Assembly (NCBI RefSeq): GCF_009914755.1
Contig: NC_060942.1
Strand: one strand, 5' to 3'
From: the human T2T-CHM13v2.0 reference genome, Homo sapiens
Length of the DNA: 64,000 nucleotides
Below the pieces are notes generated by a model that searched no databases, was not told where the DNA came from, and was given only the letters and a program-made list of their open reading frames with translations. Numbering within the stretch: the first letter of the stretch is position 1; each line of letters opens with the position of its first letter. Positions 1 through 16,234 of this stretch are shown one piece after another. The position numbers were made by a program, and so were the translations under genes.

Positions 1-29
1 ACATACTCAATACATTGTAAAGTAAAGGG

Positions 30-750
<721 letters not shown>

Positions 751-1682
751 TTTATTAGTCAGGGTAATTAATGCTAGCTGCTTATATTAAAAAATCTTAA
801 AGCCCAATGGCATAGGAAAATTGAAGACTTGGTGTTGCTCACCTCATAGTTTTGATAAAGAAGACAGAGTTTTCCTAGTGGCCACTCAGGAAACTTGGCT
901 TCTTCCATCATTTGCTTATTCTATATCAGGAACTTTTGATTCTATTTGCACTGGGGAAAGACAGAGAAAGAGACATTTTAAAAATACTTCTATGCCACTG
1001 TTTTTTAAATAGTATATATTGTTATCCTGACTAATATAAAAGTGGGATGATACCTTTGAATAACACTTTAAAAAAATAAAAATAAAAAAAAACTTTAAAC
1101 ATATGACAAATTTTAGTGATTAGGCAGCAAGCAGGAAGAAATGTGGCATCAGATTTTGGGAAAAAAATGCCTATACATGTTATACAGTAGCAAAAAAATT
1201 GGGGAGAAAAAAACACTATTCCCTGCAATAAAGTGAGAAGTGAACTATATGCCACAAGTGAACTGGCAGCTTTAGGTAGAGTTTGTTAGATAGAACCTTC
1301 CTTGTATATGTTTGTTGTCTGTGGCTGCCTTGAACAAGAATGTACAATACAGAGGAGACCTCAGGAGACACTTGGCCATGTTTCAAGCAGAGAGAGAACA
1401 GAGAAAGACCAGTAATTTGGGGGCTTGCAGGGCTGAAGAACTTGACTTTTTATAGACCCCAAATAATAAGACATGGAGTTTTAAATGGTATTAGCAACAA
1501 AGGATTAGTTATATTTCTCAAGTGAATATTGAGGGTCTTAGAACAAAGGTAAAATTAAAGACGTGTGATCCTCACTCAAGGCTAATATACCCTCAAGGTG
1601 GTCACCATTATGCTAAGAGAAATACATGTAGTCAACAAATCAAAGATATAAAGCCAATCTTGGAACTATGTTTAAAAAAAAA

Positions 1683-4235
1683 ATCGCAAACTGAATCCAG
1701 CAGTGCATCACAAAGCTAATCCACTACAATCAAGTAGGCCTTATTCCTGAGATGCAAGTTTGATTCCACATATGCAAGTCAGTAAATATGATTCATTACA
1801 TAAACAGAACTACAAACAAAAGCATATTATCATCTCAATAGCTGCAGAAAAGGCATTTGATAAAATTCAACATCCCTTCATGTTAAAAGCCCTCAACAAA
1901 CTAGGCACTGAAGGAACATACTTCAAAATAATAACAGCTGTCTATGGCAAACCCACAACCAACATCATACTGAATGGACAAAAGCTAGAAGCATTCCCCT
2001 TGAAAACCAAAACAAGGATGCTCTCTCTTGCCACTACCGTTCAACATAGCATGGGCGTCCTGGCCACAACAATCAGGCAAGAGAAAGAAATAAAAGGCAT
2101 TCAAGCAGTAAGAGAGGAAGCCAAATTGTCCTTACTTGCAGACAATATGATTCTACACCTAAAACTGCCAAAAAGCTCCTTAATCTGATAAACAACTTCA
2201 GCAAGTTTCAGGATACAAAATCAATGTACAAAATCACTAGTATTCTTGTACACCAACAATATCCATGTTGAGAACCAAATCAAGAATGCAATCTCATTTA
2301 CAATAGCCACAAAAGAATAAAATACCAAGGAATATAGCTAACCAGTGATATATCTTTACAATAAGAATTATAAAACATTGTTCATATAAATCAGACATGA
2401 CACAAACAAGTGGAAAAACATTTCATACTCATGGATAGGAAGAATCAATATCATTAAAATGGTCATACAGCTCAAAGCGATTTACATATTCATTGTTATT
2501 CCTATCGAAATATCAAAAACATTCTTCACAGCATTAGAAAAGCTATTTGAAAATTCATATGGAACCAAAAAAGAGCTAGAATAGCCATGGCAATTCTAAG
2601 CAAAAAGAACAAGGCTGGAGGCATCATGTTTCCTGATTTTAAACTAAACTACACTATAAGGCTACAGTAGCCAAAACAGCATGGTACTGTTACAAAAGCA
2701 GATACATAGACATATGGAACAGAATAGAGAACCCAGAAATAATGCCACACACCTACAATCATCTGATCTTCCAAAAAGTCAACAACAATAAGCAATGGGG
2801 AAAGGACCTCCCATTCAGTAAATGGTTCTGAGATAATTGGTTGACCATGTGGAGAAGACTGAAGCTGTACCCCTTTCTTTTACCATATACAAAAATGAAC
2901 TCAAGATGGAATAAAGATTTAAATGTACAACCTAACACTATGAAAACACTGGAAGGTAATCTAGGAAATACCATTGTGGACATAGGGGCTGGTAAAAATT
3001 TCATGACAAAGATGGCAAAAACAATCATAACAAAAACAAGAATTCACAAATGGGACCTATTTACACTAAAGAACTTTCACACAGCAAAAGAAACTATCAA
3101 CAGAGTAAACAGATAAACTACAGAATGGGAGAAAATAATTGCAAACTGCACGTCTGACAAAGGTTTAATATCCAGAATCTATAGGGAACTTAAACAAATC
3201 AACAAGAAAAAATCTCATTAAAAAGTGGCCAATGAACATGAATAGACACTTTTCAAACAAAGATATACACACAGCCAACAAGCATATGAAAGAATGCTCA
3301 ACATCACTAATTATTAAAGAAATGCAAATCCAAACGACATTGAGATACCATTTCAGCAGTCAGAATGGCCATAATTAAAAAGTCAAAAGATAACAGATGC
3401 TAGCAAGGTTGCAGAGAAAAGGGAATGTTTATACACTGCTGGTGGGAATGTAAATTAGTTTAGCCATTGTGGGAAGCAGGTTGGTGATTTCTCAAAGAAC
3501 TCAAAGCGGAATTACTATTCGACTCAACAATCCCATTACTGGGTTTGCTGAAGAATTAAGGATTATAAAAAGGAATAAAAATTATTCTACCATAAAGGCA
3601 CATGCACATGTATGTTAATTGCAGCACTATTCACAATAACAAAGTCATCAAATCAAAGTAAATGCCCATCGATGGTATACTGGATAAAGAAAAAATATAT
3701 ATCTGATTTAATGATTTTGCTACTGAGAATGGTGATGACTTTGCTTTTGTGAATATATATATATATATATATCTCAATCACATGGTGTGTATATCTATAT
3801 ATAGATACATAGACATATGTATCTGTATGTCTATATACATATACATAGACATACACACCATGGAATACTAAAGAGCCACAGAAAGGAACGAGACCATTTT
3901 TTTGCAGCAACATGGATGTAACTGGAGGCCATTATCCTAAGTAAACTAACATAAAAACAGGAAACCAAATACTACATGTTCTCACTTACAAGTGAGAGCT
4001 AAAAACTGAGTACATATGGATGTAAAGAAAGAAGGAAACAACAAATACCACGGCCCACTTGAGAGTGGAGAGACGGAGGAGGCTGAGGATCGAAAAACTA
4101 CCTACCAGGTACCATGCTTATTACCTGGGTGTTAAAATAATCTGTACCCCCAAACTCATGTGGCATGTAATTTACCTGTATAACAAACCTGCATATGTAT
4201 CACTGAACCTCAAAAAAAGAAAACAAAAGAAAAAC
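1683..4235 (+). mobile_element. 5'-truncated old primate L1 (L1PA15/16-like), ORF2 3' half plus 3'UTR
   Basis: ORFs 1760-2188 and 2841-3116 are degenerate ORF2p ([32 protein letters not shown]). The 3'UTR (gaggatcgaaaaactacc...acaaacctgcatatg) is followed by an A-rich tail. Multiple stops and frameshifts. Confidence 0.9.
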
Positions 4236-4439
4236 ATTTGGGTATAATTATTGGTACCTGGAACAGACATAAAGCAAATTAATCAGAAGCATAGTACATT
4301 TTTGAGATAAATATATTGACAAATAAACCATAAAACCAATACGAAAAACAATCCACTTGATTGTTTGAAACATAAAATGATCTTTAGGGTTTCTACTTTC
4401 CAGAGGAAGGCAGGCTTTAAAGTCCATACAATATCCAAG

Positions 4440-4760
4440 TATGTGTAAAAGGAGGAACCTTTTGGGCAGACAGAAAAAACATATTTCCCCTTCTTCATTG
4501 CATCAGAATGGAGCCACGTGACTGAGTTCTGGTTGCTGGAGTGTGGCCAGAAGTTATGTCCACCCGTTGCAGCCTAATCACTAGAATGTGCTACATGATG
4601 TTTAATGTGTGTGCTCTGACTCAGTTGACCATGTGACAGATACTAAAAGACCACAGGATGGATGAAGCTACACTGGGAGAGCATTGATGTACATGAGAAA
4701 AAAAACTTCCAAGTGTTAAACCACGTGTATCAGAGGTTAGCTGTTACCCTAGCATCAGTC
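4440..4760 (+). mobile_element. MLT1-type (MaLR) LTR relic
   Basis: MLT1-like motif gccacgtgactgagttctgg...gccagaagt and 3' end ttaaaccacg...gttagctgttacc. Confidence 0.5.
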
Positions 4761-4779
4761 ATTTTTTTCCATCAGTGTA

Positions 4780-5400
4780 GGCTTAAGAGACAAAATGATG
4801 CTTTCAGTTTAAAATAGTTTGACTCGGCCACCCCTTTGGGATGTCTAGAGTCCAATATGTAGGTCTATTAGAAATTGCAGGAGTAGACGACATTACCCAG
4901 GAATTGAGTATGCGGTGAGAAGAAAAGGGAGCCATGGGTCTTACCCCTGAGGAACTCTGTCATTTACAGATGGTCTGAAAAGGGTTGTCACTAAAGGAAG
5001 CTACTAAGAGTTGATCATGGATATAGAATGAAATTTAGGAGCCTGTATTGTCACTAAAATACAGAAAGCAGGTGCTTCAAAGAGGAAGCAGTTCACCATG
5101 CAATACTGTGCAGAGACATAAAAAAAGATAAGGGTTGAAACATACCCATTGGAGTCTCATTGATGATTTTCAAAACCAGCAGTTTTATAGGAGTAGTGAG
5201 TGTGGCTGCAGATTTCAGTGGGCTGGAGCCTGAGTTGAAAGTAAAGAAGAAAAATTGTGTAAGTGATTTCCAAGAATCTTGGATGAAGGTGAAGAATAAG
5301 ATAATAATGTAACTAGAGGAATATATAGGGTGAAGGCAGGATTTTAAGACATGAGAGGATAAGAAATGGGTGAACGATTGACAGACAGCTCTTCATCTCT
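4780..5400 (-). mobile_element. Degraded L2 fragment
   Basis: Purine-rich, L2-like (ccctgaggaactctgtcatttacag; ttcaaagaggaagcag; catacccattgga). Confidence 0.5.
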
Positions 5401-5494
5401 ACTGGTGATTACAGAGAATCCCATCTTACACACATTATAGCTCCACTTCTAATCCCAGAACAATTTCCACACTTTTCCTACATTCCTGTGAAGT

Positions 5495-5600
5495 TAGATT
5501 GTAAAGTTCTTCAAGTCAGGGGATGTCTTCTATCTCTATGTTTTCTCCAGGGCTAAATGGGCACTGAGCACATAAGAGTGTCATAAATATTTTATTGATA
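5495..5600 (+). mobile_element. L2 3' end
   Basis: agattgtaaagttctt...ggcactgagcacataagagtgtcataaatatttt matches the typical L2 terminus. Confidence 0.5.
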
Positions 5601-7234
5601 TTCAACCACAATAGGTATTGTCACTGCTTGATGAGAAATCAGACTCTGAAGAAAATTCATGGTATTACATTTCAGAAATAGGAATAGAATAGAAATTAGA
5701 AGAGAAACAGGATCCAATTTTCAAGAATTTTGATGTAATTTACTAGAGAGTTTTCAGAACATTCTTCTGTAAAGATTTTTAATATTAGTTTGCCACTAGC
5801 AATTACTATAGTATCAGATATAAAACTGCATGTTATAAAATACTTACATATTCCTATAATTGTAGTTTTAATGTGACCTTTTAAATTTTTATTTCATTTA
5901 TTAATCATATTAATGCTAATAAACTACTACTAATAAGTGCACCTTCACTTTTATCTTATTTAACTTTCAAATTAGGTAAATCTAATCCCGATGCAATCCA
6001 GGAAGGTAGGCTAGAAGATATATTTCTTTCTACTTCGTGACAGATGGGATTCGAATTCAGTTTCTTTACTTCCCAGTCCAAGGATTTTGCACTATTCAAG
6101 CTCAATACATGCATTTTTGACATTTGTCTCTCAAATATTTGGCTGCATACACCTAGTCTGTTTTTGTGTCTACCTTCTTTTCCCTGGGTTCTTTGATCTT
6201 TGGTATGTTTGAAATGAAGGATAATTATTTCATCTAAATTTAAATGACGGTTTAACACACACATCCATCAAACCTATATTTGTTAGATGGTTTATAGATC
6301 ATGAAGATTTGAGGACTAGTTCCATTTGAGAAGCCCATTCAGGCTGCCAGAAACCCTTTTCATCTTACCGGGCTGGCACTTAAGGTCTTGGCTCTGTATC
6401 CAATCTTAGGGTATTCAGGGAACAACAATATACTTGCTCAAATTCTGCAGATCTTAATAATGTTGCTCAGTGGGTAGGTAGAAACGAGTTAGTAGGGTAA
6501 GGATATTATCTGTGCCCTTGTAATAAATTGATGCTGTTTGTTATCCATAACTGTCTATAAGTGACCACAGTAGAAAACTGATACCAGTAAAAGCAGTGGA
6601 TCAGGAATGAAAATCACTTCAAACTACAAAAAATTTTAATGTTTCAAGATTATCTCAAAAATACATTTAGTTTAAAAAATTGCAGCTCATGCTACTAGCT
6701 GAAGTTATAACATGGTAACTCCACTGTGATTATCTTAGCAATGGTCAATCCGCATTTTAATTGTCTCTTTGTCAAATTGCAGTTAATGACCTTTCCTTCT
6801 CATGAAGGTGGAATAAAATATGCCTTTGGAAACAGAAGGGAACATAGTCTAATGAGAAATTCAAATGAGTGATACGGAGCTGCCGAGCTTGCACCTAGTA
6901 CTGTACTCTGAATGGCATGTTCTTAGTAATCAGATATTTTTGAAAATTATTTTAAAATTATGGAAAAAGATAATTAGTTGTCAGCTGGAGACATTTCGGA
7001 GTTTTGCAAGCCAATTTTGAACTAAGTTTTATACCCAACTTCCAAATACTTTGAAACTATGCTTAAATTGGAGAGTTAATCTCTCCTAGAAAACATTATC
7101 TTTAAATTTCCAAGAGAAGACTGCCCCTTAGAAATACAGACATGGTTTCAATGAAAGAGATCTGGACCGATTAATTGTGCATTTTATGATTAGGTTCACC
7201 AACAGATAGTTATATATACATATAGATATTTTGT

Positions 7235-7345
7235 AGACAAGCCATTTAACTTCTCCATATGTTAGTTTTTTTCACTTATAAAATGGGAAAATAATACCTG
7301 TGCTTTTTGCAGCAATTCTAAGGTATAAAATGTGTATTTCCAAAG
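7235..7345 (+). mobile_element. MIR core fragment
   Basis: gacaagccatttaacttctc...ttttcacttataaaatgggaaaataatacct. Confidence 0.55.
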
Positions 7346-9329
7346 GAATAAGTATTTAGAAAATATTTATCATTTAATGATGCAAGGTTTATCATTAATA
7401 TGTCCAAAATTCTATATAATATTATAATTCACTAGCCATTGTGGACCTATAGTACTTCGAAATATGATACACTTTTCTTTTTTTTCCTTTTTTTTAGATT
7501 CTATTTTCAAAATTGGCTCACAGCTTGGATATATTTGAGTAAAGCAGCTCCTCCTTATGTCCCCAATCATATGGCTCTTGAGCATATAGGGAAGAGTGTG
7601 AAAGGAGAGGGTGGGAAACATTACATTAAAGATTGAAACTCCTAGAGTTTTTTTGATTTTTAGTATGATCTTTACATAAAAAAAAAAGGAAGAAAAAGAA
7701 AAAAAAAACAGAGTCTATTAAGGCATCTTCTATGGTCAGATATATCTATTTTTTTCTTTCTTTTTTTTACTTTCATTAAGTGCCACTAAAAAATTAGGTT
7801 CAATTAAACTTTATTAATCTCTTCTGAGTTTTGATTGAGTATATATATATATATACCCAGTTTCAAGCAGGTATCTGCCTTTAAAGATAAGAGACCTCCT
7901 AAATGCTTTCTTTTATTAGTTGCCCTGTTTCAGATTCAGCTTTGTATCTATATCACCTGTTAATATGTGTGGACTCACAGAAATGATCATTGAGGGAATG
8001 CACCCTGTTTGGGTGTAAGTAGCTCAGGGAAAAAATCCTAGCAAGTAGCATTTGGTTTCCTAGATAATGGTGCCATCTTTTTGGCACTGATGGAGACAAT
8101 GAAATATTCATGAGTTTCTTAAAGTCTTTTGGAAAGAATGTGTGCTGGAATGGAACATTAATGAGCCAGTTTCTTCTGGTTTCATGCCAAGCAGGGGCTG
8201 TTAAATAATTAAGGTGTGACAAGCCAGAGTCTACACAGGAGGAGGTGGGAAGAATCAGTCGCTCAGCATTGGAAATGTTCCCCTGCCATCTTGAAATGAA
8301 CACCCATCTGGTCCAAGTTATCGTACATTCCTTCGGGTATTCTCTTTAAAAACCTTATGGTATCCAATGCATTAAATTGTTTTGATAAAAACCTGCTTCA
8401 GGAACATTGAACTACTTCTAACATGTTTGGAAATCACTTAATTAGCCTTTATTGAGTGTGATCAGCATTGTGTTAGGCACTGGAGAGAGAAACGAGACAA
8501 TTGTGCCTCAAGATTCCTGCCCTCTTGTATCCCCAAATTAGTTGAGAAGCTATGGAAAAAGTTACTGTGTGAGCAATTGTTTAATTTTTTAGAGGTTGAA
8601 ATGCTTTAGGGAAAGATGCATTGACTGTTGAGTCAAGGAAGTTTTCACAGAAGATGAATGAGCTTGGGCCTTAGTGGAGATATTAGACATCCGTGAGCAG
8701 AGGAGAAAATAAGGTTTTATCTTAAGAGGAATAAGCAAATGAACAAAAGTATAGAGGAAGAAATGCACAAAAGAGGAAGAGCAAAAATATTCTCTGATGG
8801 TATATTAATAACCCTACAGAAAATAATGTCCTTGTTTTTCACACACTAAAATATATAAATAGTACAAGCATATGTTCTATAGGAAATGTTGAGTTGATGG
8901 GACAAAGTGTTGACTCTTCAGGATACACAAACTCTGAAAGCGAAGGTGGGTTCCCAGCAGAGATTGCTTTAGTCTTTCAGTAAAGTAGGCAAACTGAATT
9001 CTGAGGAGTTTTTATGAGTACAGATCTTTCATATCAGGTCATGAAAACAGACATTTTCACAGTCTTGCATTAAATATGCAAAATCTCATGGTTCTTTCAT
9101 AATAGAAAGTATTCATGCTGCTTCCCTTGGTCACTCATATGTTATCCCCAGAATTGTCAGTCTGCGGCCTTCTCTGGAAGGCTGGGCTTTGCAGATCTTT
9201 AATGACTACATTTGCCTGTTTGTATTTCTGTTTTCCCTTAAGCAACTGTTACTAAGCACCCACTGTGCAGAGAATTAAAGGTTTTAAAAATGGTGTCTCT
9301 CTCTCTGTCTCTCTCTCTCTGGCTTACAA

Positions 9330-10119
9330 TCTAGTTTAGAGAAAAACACAAATAAGAACATTTATAAACAGTCACCCAGAATCTTACCAAATAAATCTTA
9401 TCTAATATCTTTATGAATTTTCACTTAGCCTTTTTATCCTATATGGCATGTATAGATTATTTGTTCATTTTCTAGAATTATAATTCTGTCATATATACAG
9501 TTGATGTAATTTGTCCCCTTTGTGATATGTTAAAACATATCCTATTCGTTTGCAGAATATGCTTTTTAAAATTTTTTTGAGTCAGGGTCCCTCTCTGTTG
9601 TCACCCAGGCTGGAGTGCAGTGTTAACATCATAAGTAAGATCATAGCTCACTGCAGTTTCAAGCTGCAGTTTCAAGCTCCTGGGCTCAGGTGATCCTCCA
9701 GCTTCAGTCTTCCAAGTGGCTATGACTATAGGTCCATGCCATCAAGCCAGCTAAGGTTTTTATTTTTTTATTTTTTTTTTTTTATTTTTTTTTTTTTTTG
9801 AGATAGATAGGGTCTCACTATATTGCCCAGGCTGGTCTTGAACTCCTGGCCTCAAGCAATCCTCCCACCTTGGTCTGGCCTCCAAAAATGCTGGGATTAC
9901 AGATAGGAATGACTATGCTTGGCCTTTATTTGTAAAATATACTTAATTGCCACATAGCGTACTGAAATTTATTAAAATATTTCTTATTCTTGCACATTTG
10001 CATTTTATGCTTTATTACTAGCTTTATTACTACAATTAATGCTTTGATAAACATTATATCAATCTATAACTCACTCCTTTATTCTCAGGGTAATTTCCTA
10101 GATGTGAAATATTTGTTTC
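9330..10119 (-). mobile_element. Ancient L1M(E)-like host fragment, continuing at about 16417-16690
   Basis: Degenerate antisense L1 3' region on both sides of the AluJ and of the full-length L1. Confidence 0.4.
9565..9924 (-). mobile_element. AluJ with small internal duplications
   Basis: Antisense dimer with J-type features (atcatagctcactgcag, ctcctgggctcaggtgatcctcc). 13-bp tandem duplication ctgcagtttcaag and an expanded middle T-tract. Degraded TSD tttgcagaatatgctt / tttgtaaaatatactt. Confidence 0.88.
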
Positions 10120-10587
10120 AAAATCTATCAGCATTGGGGTGGAGCCAAGATGGCCGAATAAGAACAGCTCCGGTCTACAGCTCCCAGCGTGAGTTACGCA
10201 GAAGACGGGTGATTTCTGCATTTCCATCTGAGGTACCGGGTTCATCTCACTAGGGAGTGCCAGACAGTGGGTGCAGGACAGTGGGTGCAGTGCACCAGGC
10301 ATGAGCCGAGGCAGGGCAAGGCATTGCCTCACTCGGGAAGTGCAAGGGGTCAGGGAGTTCCCTTTCCTAGTCAAAGAAAGGGGTGACAGATGGCACCTGG
10401 AAAATTGGGTCACTCCCACCCTAATACTGTGCTTTTCCAATGGGCTTAAAAAACGGCACACCAGGAGATTATAAACTGCACCTGGCTTGGAGGGTCCTAC
10501 GCCCACGGAGTCTTGCTCATTGCTAGCACAGCAGTCTGAGATCAAACTGCAAGGTGGCAGCGAGGCTGGGGGAGGGGTGCCTACCAT
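10054..10587 (-). CDS. L1 ORF0-homologous antisense ORF, extended to 177 codons (translation not shown)
   Basis: ATG at 10587-10585 gives MVGTPPPASLPPCSLISDCCASN..., homologous to L1HS ORF0 (MAGAPPPASLPPCSLISDCCASN). The frame is open to 10054 in the ORF track. Confidence 0.45.
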   Translation of the reverse strand: MVGTPPPASLPPCSLISDCCASNEQDSVGVGPSKPGAVYNLLVCRFLSPLEKHSIRVGVTQFSRCHLSPLSLTRKGNSLTPCTSRVRQCLALPRLMPGALHPLSCTHCLALPSEMNPVPQMEMQKSPVFCVTHAGSCRPELFLFGHLGSTPMLIDFETNISHLGNYPENKGVSYRLI

Positions 10588-11248
10588 TGCCCAGGCTTGA
10601 TTAGGTAAACAAAGCAGCCGGGAAGCTTGAACTGGGTGGAGCCCACCACAGCTCAAGGAGGCCTACCTGCCTCTGTAGGCTCCACCTCTGGGGGCAGGGC
10701 ACAGACAAACAAAAAGACAGCAGTAACCTCTGCAGACTTAAATGTCCCTATCTGACAGCTTTGAAGAGAGCAGTGGTTCTCCCAGCATGCAGCTGGAGAT
10801 CTGAGAATGGGCAGATTGCCTCCTCAAGTGTGTCCCTGACCCCCGAGCAGCCTGACTGGGAGGCACCCCCCAGTAGGGGCAGACTGACACCTCACACGGC
10901 CGGGTACTCCTCTGAGACAAAACTTCCAGAGGAATGGTCAGGCAGCAGCATTTGCGGATCACCAATATCTGCTGTTCTACAGCCACCACTGTTCTACAGC
11001 CACCACTGTTCTACAGCCACCGCTGTTCTACAGCCACCGCTGTTCTACAGCCACCGCTGTTCTGCAGCCACCGCTGCTGATACCCAGGCAAACAGGGTCT
11101 GGAGTGGACCTCTAGCAAACTCCAACAGACCTGCAGCTGAGGGTCCTGTCTGTTAGAAGGAAAACTAACAAACAGAAAGGACATCCACACCAAAAACCCA
11201 TCTGTACATCACCATCATCAAAGACCAAAAGTAGATAAAACCACAAAG
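10137..11248 (+). promoter_or_regulatory. L1 5'UTR: internal sense promoter (YY1 site CAAGATGGCCG at 10146-10156) and antisense promoter region
   Basis: Position and sequence match the primate L1 5'UTR. Many CpGs have decayed, and activity is not shown. Confidence 0.75.
10971..11072 (+). repeat. Minisatellite, 6 x 17 bp (G/A)CTGTTCT(A/G)CAGCCACC, in the L1 5'UTR
   Basis: Units read directly, starting at 10971, 10988, 11005, 11022, 11039 and 11056. Confidence 0.97.
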
Positions 11249-12265
11249 ATGGGGAAAAAACAGAGCAGAAAAACTGGAAACTCTAAAAAGCAGAGTGCCT
11301 CTCCTCCTCCAAAGGAACGTAGCTCCTCACCAGCAATGGAACAAAGCTGGACAGAGAATGACTTTGACAAGTTGAGAGAAGAAGGCTTCAGATGATCAAA
11401 CTACTCTGAGCTACAGGAGGAAATTCAAACCAATGGCAAAGAAGTTAAAAACTTTGAAAAAAAATTAGACAAACGGATAACTAGAATAACCAGTGCAGAG
11501 AAGGCCTTAAAGGAGCTGATGGAGCTGAAAGCCAAGGCTCGAGAACTACGTGAAGAATGCAGAAGCCTCAGGAGCGGATGTGATGAACTGGAAGAAAGGG
11601 CATCAGTGATGGAAGATGAAATGAATGAAATGAAACAAGAAGGGAAGTTTAGAGAAGAAAGAATAAAAAGAAATGAACAAAGCCTCCAAGAAATATGGGA
11701 CTATGTGAAGAGACCAAATCTACGTCTGATTGGTTTACCTGAAAGTGACGGGGAGAATGGAACCAAGTTGGAAAACACTCTGCAGGATATTATCCAGGAG
11801 AACTTCCCCAATCTAGCAAGGCAGGCCAACATTCAGATTCAGGAAATACAGAGAATGCCACAAAGATACTCCTCGAGAAGAGCAACTCCAAGACACATAA
11901 TTGTCAGCTTCACCAAAGTTGAAATGAAGGAAAAAATGTTAAGGGCAGCCAGAGAGATAGGTCAGGTTACCCACAAAGGGAAGCCCATCAGACTAACAGC
12001 GGATCTCTCGGCAGAAACTCTACAAGCCAGAAGAGAGTGGGGGCCAATATTCAACATTCTTAAAGAAAAGAATTTTCAACCCAGAATTTCCTATCCAGCC
12101 AAACTAAGCTTCATAAGTGAAGGAGAAATAAAATACTTTACAGACAAGCAAATGCTGAGAGATTTTGTCACCACCAGGCCTGCCCTAAAAGAGCTCCTGA
12201 AGGAAGCACTAAACATGGAAAGGAACAACCGGTACCAGCCACTGCAAAAACATGCCAAAATGTAA
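11249..12265 (+). pseudogene. L1 ORF1p, 338-codon frame with a single nonsense at codon 49
   Basis: ATG GGG AAA AAA CAG at 11249 and TAA at 12263-12265 (1017 nt). TGA at 11393-11395 (CGA>TGA). The 248-aa ORF from 11519 is the remainder; ARR and YPAKLS are intact, REKG is changed to REIG. Confidence 0.95.
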
Positions 12266-12328
12266 AGACCATCAAGGCTAGGAAGAAACTGCATCAACTA
12301 ATGAGCAAAATAACCAGCTAACATCATA

Positions 12329-16158
<3,830 letters not shown>

Positions 16159-16213
16159 ACGATGAGAACACATGGACACGGGAAGGGGAACATCACACTC
16201 CAGGGACTGTTGT

Positions 16214-16234
16214 GGGGTAGGGGGAGGGGGAGGG
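16214..16234 (+). other. G-rich tract of the L1 3'UTR, potential G-quadruplex
   Basis: GGGGTAGGGGGAGGGGGAGGG, four G-runs; a known L1 feature. Confidence 0.7.

Noticed and set aside
3702-3752. C/D-box snoRNA (TGATGA and CTGA present)
   Set aside because: The boxes are in the wrong order, and the sequence is explained as inverted copies of adjacent L1 sequence.
10971-11072. CRISPR-like array
   Set aside because: Head-to-tail units with no spacers, in a eukaryotic L1 context; it is a minisatellite.
10761-11156. 131-aa ORF with repeated LQPPLFYSH
   Set aside because: A by-product of the 17-bp repeat in the 5'UTR, with a non-ATG start.
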